Source: Chiloscyllium plagiosum
Lineage: Eukaryota
Length of the DNA: 64,000 nucleotides
Assembly (NCBI RefSeq): GCF_004010195.1
Contig: NC_057759.1
Span: 3,392,057 to 3,456,056, forward strand
Direction of reading: 5' to 3'
A program made the translations under genes and the position numbers. Of this stretch, positions 52,119-61,047 are shown piece after piece. The notes below the pieces were generated by a model, which worked only from the letters and a program-made list of their open reading frames with translations, was not told the DNA's origin and did not search any database. Each line of letters begins with the position of its first letter. Position 1 is the first letter of the stretch.

Positions 52119-53023
52119 TGAGCAATGAGAATATATGTGTAACTACCATTCTCTCCCTGTCAGCCTCTGCAATGTGAATAAGTGGGAGCAGTTTAGTCAG
52201 TTTCTGCTGTGTGACTGTGAGAGTGAAGTCCTTAATCTGTACGAACCACTTTCTACTCTTGCGTACCAATTTGGCTTAATTCTCTGGCAGCCACCAATAT
52301 TCTCCGTGACTGCGGTTTATTCCGTGAGAGAAGGAATGAGATGTTTAATTAACATATCGGGATGGTTTTGAAATGTGAATTAAAGAGATTAATTGCAGAT
52401 TGCAGTTCTTGGCGCTTGGTTTTGTTTCTGCCAGTTCGTCAGGTCCAGAAAAAAAAACGGTAGAAAGAAACAGATGCGGTTCGGCAAATGAATGAGCGAG
52501 AGAGATTGTCTGAAGTATACATTTGTAACCTAATTAACAGGTATTGGTGGATTCTCCTCTGAACAACGTCCTCCTTCTTATACAGCATTCTTTTATGCAA
52601 AACATACTCCGTTACTTGTGAATCGGCGGGCTTTTCAAATTGGAAAGAAAACTGATTATGATTAGGCGCTGGCTTCGAGTTAAGAGAACGTGCCCTCTCT
52701 TCTCTACCTCTTGGGAACATATTAAACACCAGTGAATCTATTTTTTCTGTTTACTGCTATTTGCTCAAGTTACTCTCTATTTGATTATTCCGGAAGCTAC
52801 AAGCCCCGGTTGGGGTGTGAGCCCTGAGATTCATCATTGGGAAACAAAATAAGTTCCCTTTTTCTTACAGACCCACGCGTAGATACATTACACACTGATT
52901 TCTTAACTTACAAAAGTTGAGAATTCGCGGGATTCTGTTGGGTTGCTTCGGTTCGAAGCTTTCAAAATGAACCGAGATCAAACCAGAACAGTTGCCGGAC
53001 TGGAATAGTTAATGTTGAGCTTT

Positions 53024-53310
53024 TTAGATTTGATTACATTACAGTGTGGAAACAAGTCCACACCGACCCGCCGAAGAGCAACCCACCCATTTACCCCTTA
53101 CCTAACACTACGGGCAATTTAGCATGGCCAATTCACCTGACCTGCACATCTTTGGACTGTGGGAGGAAACCGGAGCACCCGGAGGAAACCCACGCAGACA
53201 CGGAGAGAATGTGCAAACTCCACACAGTCAGTCGCCTGAGGCGGGAATTGAACCCGGGTCTCAGGCGCTGTGAGGCAACAGTGGTAACCACTGTGCCACC
53301 GTGTCGCCCA
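53024..53310 (-). mobile_element. HE1-type V-SINE
   Basis: Family consensus with small deletions. Confidence 0.93.
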
Positions 53311-53677
53311 CTTTTGCAACAAGGGAGCATGATATTAAAATAAAACCTAAATGCGGTGTTCGTTATTATTGCGCTCATGGCGAAGAAAGTTCATGAAATC
53401 CTGACAGGGCTGAATGAGGGCATTCGGCCCATCGAGTCTGAACCTCCCCTCCAAAAAGCATCTCGGATCCTTCAAACAGCTCATGTGTTCACTTCTCCTA
53501 AAGAGAGACTGTGTGTGTACTGTACTTTTATAATTTAAAAGCAAATTAACGATGAAGTATGAAAACATTATTTTCTATAAAACTCCTTTCTCTAATCTAC
53601 GTCTCGGCAGGATGTCCAAATCTGAAGGAAAACGGTTGATGATTTCCCGCCTGCCTTCTCAGCAATGATCATATAGT

Positions 53678-53890
53678 AGTCATGATTTGGAGATGCCTGT
53701 GTTGGATTGGGGTGTACAAAGTTAAAAGTCACACAACACCAGAATATAGTCCAACAGGTTTAATTGAAAGCACTAGCTTTCTGAGCGCCACTCCTTCATG
53801 ACAACCACCTGATGAAGGGGCGTCGTTCCGAAAGCTAGTGCTTCCAATTAAACCTGTTGGACTATAACCTGGTGTTGTGTGATTTTTAAC
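53678..53890. mobile_element. Palindromic PLE family B mini-element
   Basis: About 80-bp inverted arms; TSD caatgatcatatagt (53663-53677 / 53890-53904). Confidence 0.9.
53806..53840 (+). ncRNA. Minimal type-I hammerhead ribozyme motif (family B)
   Basis: cac-CTGATGA-A-GGGGC(gtc)GTTCC-GAAA-GC-TA-gtg; core intact, stem I cac/gtg, palindromic AGCT stem III. Confidence 0.8.
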
Positions 53891-54312
53891 AATGATCATA
53901 TAGTTACAGCTGGTGGGAACGCCAAGGGAGATAATTAGGAGAGAGGGGATTTAATCCGGAACACTCCACTACCTTCATATATGATGTACAAATTACATTG
54001 CAGTATGTATTCTTTTCACTGCCGCTGAATGGGAATAACTCCCCAGCAATGCATTACTCACTGGTGTTTAACATGCTCGCTTTCTCTCGGAATAAAAAGA
54101 CTGACTCGAAAAATTGACTCACTGGTGAATCAATGTTTTTGAAGATGCAAATTAGGAAAGGGAGTAAGGTACGATCGTTTGGAATATATTTTTGTAATGG
54201 CAAAAACAAATCACCGAATAAGAATTCACACATTCTCCTCTGGCATTTTGGCGGGCTTTTCAATTCGAAATAAAAGCGGCNNNNNNNNNNNNNNNNNNNN
54301 NNNNNNNNNNNN

Positions 54313-54349
54313 GCTCCCTCTGGATGGTTTAGTGGCTCTGAAAAGAGCC
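54313..54349 (-). terminator. Histone 3' stem-loop plus downstream element (U7 site) of H3
   Basis: Minus strand reads GGCTCTTTTCAGAGCC (54349-54334), followed by purine-rich CAGAGGGAGC just before the gap. Confidence 0.95.
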
Positions 54350-54405
54350 GTTGTGTTTCTCTCTCTCTCTCTCGGGGTGAATGTGCAGGGCCGGCTATGC
54401 TCCGT

Positions 54406-55050
<645 letters not shown>

Positions 55051-55497
55051 GAATTCACCCTCAATAACCTTGAGATTAAATTAACCATTAAAACGCAAAA
55101 CACCATACGTCTGCAACGAAGATAAAATTTAATATTTTAAAGTAATTCTTTAAATCCTACGAGGCGGGATCATTATCTGATCTGTCTGTAACAGGCAGGA
55201 GGAAAGGCGGGGTTTAAAACAGCCCAGACAAACTGAACAACCGAACTGGTGCTGGCCATGAATCAATCTAAACAACCCCGCCAATTTAAACATTTTAAAA
55301 GCTAATGCAGTGAACACTAATAAAAGGACAGAATCTCACTTTATGTTATTTTTATTATTACCCCCTATGAGATACCCCCATTCTCCGGTCTCCACTTTCG
55401 TAAACCATGGCAAGTGTTTATTTGATTTATTCAGATCAATTAATATCTAAGGTAGGTCTGCGCTCGGCGCCGGGACAGGGAACATTGGATCCGGGCT

Positions 55498-55538
55498 CAG
55501 CTCTTTCCTGAGAGATGTGGGTGGCTCTGATAAGAGCC
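55498..55538 (-). terminator. Histone 3' stem-loop plus HDE of H1
   Basis: Minus strand GGCTCT-TATC-AGAGCC (55538-55523), then ACCCA and AGGAAAGAGCTG. Confidence 0.93.
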
Positions 55539-55574
55539 TTTGGGTTCAGATGGTTATATATTACACTGACTGGT

Positions 55575-56225
55575 TCATTTCTTTGCTGCTGTCTTGGTCA
55601 CTTTCGCTTTGGGCTTGGTCTTGCTTTTAGCCGGTTTGCTGAGGGGTTTGGGGGTTTTAGGGCCCTTGGTCTTTTTCACCTTCTTCACGAGAGTCCGTTT
55701 CTTTGGCGCTGCTTTGCTCACCGCTTTCTTTGGCGGTGCCGCCTTCTTGCCGCTCGCTTTCTTGGCTGGGGACTTCTTGGTTGTCGCTCTCTTGGCTGGG
55801 GATTTCTTGGCTGTCGCTTTCTTGGCCGGTGATTTCTTCACGGCCGGTTTCTTGGCAACTGCTGATGTTCCCGCCTTCTTTCCCGCTTTTGCCTTGACTG
55901 GATTTTTAGGGAGTTTGAAGGAGCCGGAGACGCCCTGGCCCTTGACCAGAACAAGGGAGCCGTTCGCCAGGCACCTCCTGATACTCATCTTGATCTGTGC
56001 CTTTCGCTTTCCCACATCGATCCCGCTTCTCTCCAGCGCCTTCTTTACAGCGGACAGAGACGCCCCTCTGCGATCCTTCATATCCCCGACAACCTTCAGA
56101 ATCAGCTCTCCCAACCCGGGACCGGGTGTTTTCTTCCTGGGAGCCGCCGCCTTCTTCTTGGGAGCCTTGGCTTTGGTAGGAGCGGCGGCTGGAGGAGCCG
56201 TTTCGGCGGCTGCACTGTCGCTCAT
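55575..56225 (-). CDS. H1: Linker histone H1, divergent variant, 216 aa, intronless
   Basis: N-terminal AETAPPAAAP, a winged-helix globular domain ending KGQGVSGSFKL, and a K/A/P-rich tail with three KKSPAK repeats. Uninterrupted ORF. Confidence 0.96.
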   Translation of the reverse strand: MSDSAAAETAPPAAAPTKAKAPKKKAAAPRKKTPGPGLGELILKVVGDMKDRRGASLSAVKKALERSGIDVGKRKAQIKMSIRRCLANGSLVLVKGQGVSGSFKLPKNPVKAKAGKKAGTSAVAKKPAVKKSPAKKATAKKSPAKRATTKKSPAKKASGKKAAPPKKAVSKAAPKKRTLVKKVKKTKGPKTPKPLSKPAKSKTKPKAKVTKTAAKK

Positions 56226-56299
56226 GTTGAGAACTCTGCGCTGAATCTTTCTCTAGGACAGTCTGAACTGGGTCAGCAATGAAACTACTGGGGGCGGCA

Positions 56300-56380
56300 C
56301 TGAGCAACTTCAAGGCAGCGAGCGGACGGCGCAGGGACAACCTGCCGTCAGCTCCCTGCTCCTGCTGCCTCTCTGTGTTT
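56300..56380 (-). promoter_or_regulatory. H1 promoter: H1 box plus H4-box/HINFP-like site, no CCAAT
   Basis: Minus strand AAACACA at 56380-56374. TGTCCCTGCGCCGTCCGC contains CGTCCGC at 56328-56322. Confidence 0.65.
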
Positions 56381-57687
56381 CTCTAACGGCCTAAACTCTC
56401 CGATTCCTCTGAAATTCCGCATCTCCAGAGAGCCAGGCTCGATCGCTCCTCACCCTGACATGGTAAGGTTTACGACTGAAAAGTTTTCACTCGAATAGAC
56501 GGCTCCGTTGTCGAGTTAAACTCATTTTGCTGCCGCACAGATCGAGCTTTTTGAGCTGAGCGCTGACATTGTCGGTACTTTTAGACTAAAATCTTGAAAT
56601 CAACAAATACATTGTCTTAAATTCTACCTTTGGGGTCTATTGGGGGAGCCGGGGAATAAGTTGAATTGAAAATGTTTCTGATTTTCACAAGAGAGACCCA
56701 GAAATATCATAATATTCGCGGATACACAAACACAGTTACGTTCGACTTACCGTCCGCCCTTTTCCGACAGCCTCTCTGACATAGTATTCACATTCACACA
56801 GTCACACGCCAGAAATATCACCAAATGTAAGTGTGGAAGGACAGAATGTCTCCTCCTTTCAGCCTTTGCTGCGGTGTCCAGGGAGTTTGTTGTAGTTTTT
56901 CTCCTCAGTAACTGTTACACTCTCATCAGCTCTATTGTTTACACCCTCAAAGATGGCCAGTCGGTTTGCCAAGCTTAGAAGACAGAAGTGTGCACTGGAA
57001 CAGGCCCTTCATGTTCATGCTGATTCTAGCAGATCCTGAATACTGTTTTGTCAAATGCTTCGCAATTGAAGCTTTCATTTTGATTTTTTTTCCCTGAGGC
57101 TGACTGGCCTATAGTTCATAATTTTATATCTACCACCCTTTTCGATTGGATTGCTTACACGAGCTAGCCCCCAATCTGTGTAAATTATTGCAGAGCTTGT
57201 AGAATCTTGGAACATGACCATCACTGCATCCAGTATTACTCAGCCCATTACATCTGGGACGTAGATGATCAAGGCCTGGTGTTTCCCAACCTTCAATCCT
57301 ATCCACTGTCCCAACATCATTTCCCAAATAATACTGATTTTGTTCAGTTCTTCCCTTTCACTAAACTCTCCAATACCACTACTGTGTTAGTTGTGTGAAT
57401 ATTTGTGAACAGAGAACAATAGTATGTTTGCGATTTTTGAGACATTTTCATTCCCCATTTTGAACTCCCCTCTTTAATGTTGTAAGTGGCATGTGGTCCT
57501 CTTTGTCAACATATTTATGTTCATTTCTCTCTTTACACATTTATTAGTATTTTAGCAGTTTTTTAAATGGTTTCCACAACATTACTCTTTTCTTCATTTG
57601 TTCTTTGTTAGTTAAATCCCTTTTAGCAGTCATTTGTTAAATCTGGATCTGTTTGCAGCCTTCCCGTCTCACTATATTCCCAAATTG

Positions 57688-58187
57688 NNNNNNNNNNNNN
57701 NNNNNNNNNNNNNNNNNNNNNNNNNNNNNNNNNNNNNNNNNNNNNNNNNNNNNNNNNNNNNNNNNNNNNNNNNNNNNNNNNNNNNNNNNNNNNNNNNNNN
57801 NNNNNNNNNNNNNNNNNNNNNNNNNNNNNNNNNNNNNNNNNNNNNNNNNNNNNNNNNNNNNNNNNNNNNNNNNNNNNNNNNNNNNNNNNNNNNNNNNNNN
57901 NNNNNNNNNNNNNNNNNNNNNNNNNNNNNNNNNNNNNNNNNNNNNNNNNNNNNNNNNNNNNNNNNNNNNNNNNNNNNNNNNNNNNNNNNNNNNNNNNNNN
58001 NNNNNNNNNNNNNNNNNNNNNNNNNNNNNNNNNNNNNNNNNNNNNNNNNNNNNNNNNNNNNNNNNNNNNNNNNNNNNNNNNNNNNNNNNNNNNNNNNNNN
58101 NNNNNNNNNNNNNNNNNNNNNNNNNNNNNNNNNNNNNNNNNNNNNNNNNNNNNNNNNNNNNNNNNNNNNNNNNNNNNNNNNNNNNNN
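57688..58187. other. Assembly gap (500 N); other gaps at 32105-32192 and 54281-54312
   Basis: N runs. Confidence 1.
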
Positions 58188-59260
58188 CTTCTTTGAGGAG
58201 GTGACCAAACAGGTGGATGAGAATAGAGCGGTTGATGTGATGTATTTGGATTTCAGTAAGGCGTTTGACAGTGTTCCCCAAGGTAGGCTATTACACAAAA
58301 TATGGAGTCATGTGACTGTGGGTAATTTAGCGGTTCTGATCAAAAGTTGGCTTGCTGAAAGAAGACAGAGGGTGGTGGCTGATGGGCAATGTTCATCCTG
58401 GAGTTCAGTTACGAGTGTGGTACCGGAAGGATCTGTTTTCGGGCCACTGCTGTTTGTCGTTTTTATAAATGACCTGGACGAGGGTGCAGAAGGATAGAGT
58501 AGTAAAGTTGCGGATGATAGTCGGGTCATTGGAGCTGTGGACAGTGCCGAAGAATGCTGTAGTTTACAAACGTACATTGATAAGCTGCAGAGATGGGCCA
58601 AGAGTTGGCAGATGGAGTTTAATGTGGAAAACTTGGAGGTGATTCACTTTGGAAGGAGGAACAGGAATAAAGAGTACTGGGATAATGGTAAGATTCTTGG
58701 CAGTGTAGTTGAGCAGAGAGATCTCGATATTCATGTACACAGATCGCTGAAAGTAAACACCGAGTTGATAGGTTGTTAAGAGGCCATATGGTGTATTAGG
58801 TTTTATTGGCACGGGGATTGAGTTTCGAAACCATGTGGTCATGTTAAAGCTGCACAAAAGTCTGGTGCGGCTACACGTAGTAATTTGCCTATAGTTTGGG
58901 TTGCTGCATTATACAAGGATGTGGAAGCTTTGCAAAGGGTTTAGTGGTGAATTGCTAGAATGTTGACTGGTATGGATTGAAGGTCGTATGAGGAAAAGCT
59001 GAGGGATATGAAGCTGTTTTCATTCGAGAGAATTAATTGGGACATATAAGAAAATCAGAGGATTAGATAGGGTGTTCACTGAGAGCCGTTCCCTCGAATG
59101 GTGTTGGCTAGTACGAGGGGACATAGCTTTAAGTTCAGGGAATATAGTTATATAACAAATGTCAGAGGTATTTGCTTTAGTCAGAGAGTAGTAGGAGCAA
59201 CACTTGAAGGCCAAAGGGGCTGCACTGTTCTATAATGTTCTTTGTTCTCTGTTCTAACTA
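58188..59260 (+). mobile_element. CR1 RT through 3' end
   Basis: [12 protein letters not shown]...[19 protein letters not shown]. Confidence 0.93.
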
Positions 59261-61047
59261 CCTCCCTTTTAACTGGATCCTGGATTCCTGACTGGGAGAC
59301 CGCAGACATTCTAAATTGACAACAACATCTCCAACACCATCATCCTGAGCACTGGGGCTGCCCAGGGCTATGTGCTCAGTTCACTGCTGTTCACCCTGCT
59401 GAAACTCAACTGTACAACGATGATACGGCTGTAGTGGGTCCCATTAGCAGAAACGACGAGACAGCATTCAGAGAGGAGATGCAGCGTTTACCAGACTTGT
59501 GCAGGGCAAATAACCTTTCTCTGAAGGTGGACAAGACAAAGGAGATAGTTGCTGACTTCATGCTAGCATGGAGTGATCACTGTATTGACAATTTTAAAAG
59601 CCAATGATACAATCTGACGTTTTAGGGGTATAAGACCAGGGAAAATTGAACAATTGAGAGGAGGACTGCAAGCCCAACATGTAAACAGACTGTTTGCAAA
59701 GCGTACTTCTCAATCAGTAACCTGTGACGTAGAAATCCCTAAGAAGAAGAAATTAAGACACAGGAAGGTCCAAATAGAAGAACCAAAAGCTGCCTGGTTT
59801 TGCGATTAGGTGTGTTGTTTTGTAAATCTTAAATGGAAGTTTTATGGGACTAGTGTGATGGAAGGGGAGGTAAAATAGAGGTTAGAATAAGGACTTGTAC
59901 ATAATTGTTAAAATTAGCTTTTATTGGTACGGGGATTGAGTTTCGAAACCATGTGGTCATGTTAAAGCTGCACAAAATTCTGGTGCGGCCAAACGTAGTA
60001 ATTTGTCTATAAATTTGGGTTGCTGCATTATACAAGGATGTGGAAGCTTTGCAAAGGATTTAGTGGTGATTTACTAGAATGTTGACTGGTATGGATTGAA
60101 GGTCGTATGAGGAAAAGCTGAGGGATATGAAGCTGTTTTCATTCGAGAGAATGAATTGGGACATATAAGAAAATCAGAGGATTAGATAGGGTGTTCACTG
60201 AGAGCCATTCCCTCGCATGGTGTTGGCTAGTACGAGGGGACATAGCTTTAAGTTCAGGGAATATAGTTATATGACAAATGTCAGAGGTATTTGCTTTAGT
60301 CAGAGAGTAGTAGGAGCAACACTTGAAGGCCAAAGGGGCTGCACTGTTCTATAATGTTCTTTGTTCTCTGTTCTAACTACCTCCCTTTTAACTGGATCCT
60401 GGATTCCTGACTGGGAGACCGCAGACATTCTAAATTGACAACAATATCTCCAACACCATCATCCTGAGCACTGGGGCTGCCCAGGGCTATGTGCTCAGTT
60501 GACTGTTGTTCACCCTGCTGAAACTCAACTGTACAACGATGACACAGCTGTAATGGGTCCCATCAGCAGAAACGACGTGACAGCATTCAGAGAGGAGATG
60601 CAGCGTTTAACAGACTTGTGCAGGGCAAATAACCTTTCTCTGAAGGTGGACAAGACAAAGGAGATAGTTGCTGACTTCATGCTAGCATGGAGCGATCACT
60701 GTATTGACAATTTTAAAAGCCAATGATACAATCTGACGTTTTAGGGGTATAAGACCAGGGAAAATTGAACAATTGAGAGGAGGACTGCAAGCCAAACATG
60801 TAAACAGACTGTTTGCAAAAGGTTGTTTTGAAAGGTACTTCTCAATCAGTACCTGTGACGTAGAAATCCCTAAGAAGAAGAAATTAAGACACAGGAAGAT
60901 CCAAATTGAAGAACCAAAAGCTGCCTGGTTTTGCGATTAGATGTGTTGTTTTGTAAATCTTAATTGGAAGTTTTATGGGACTAGTGTGATGGAAGGGGAG
61001 GTAAAATAGAGGTTAGAGTAAGGACTTGTACATAATTGTTAAAATTA
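58797..61047. repeat. Tandem duplication of about 1118 bp
   Basis: ttttattgg at 58801 and 59919; both units end acttgtacataattgttaaaatta. Confidence 0.95.
59265..59595 (+). mobile_element. Rex1/Babar-like LINE RT fragment (duplicated at about 60385-60713)
   Basis: WILDS*LGDR/ILSTGAAQGYVLSSLLFTL, DDTAVVG, NNLSLKVDKTKEIVADF. Confidence 0.8.

Noticed and set aside
55594..56244. 216-aa hydrophobic plus-strand ORF
   Set aside because: Antisense mirror of the Lys/Ala-rich H1 codons; not a membrane protein.
57634..58497. Long ORFs containing X runs
   Set aside because: Artefacts of the 500-N gap.
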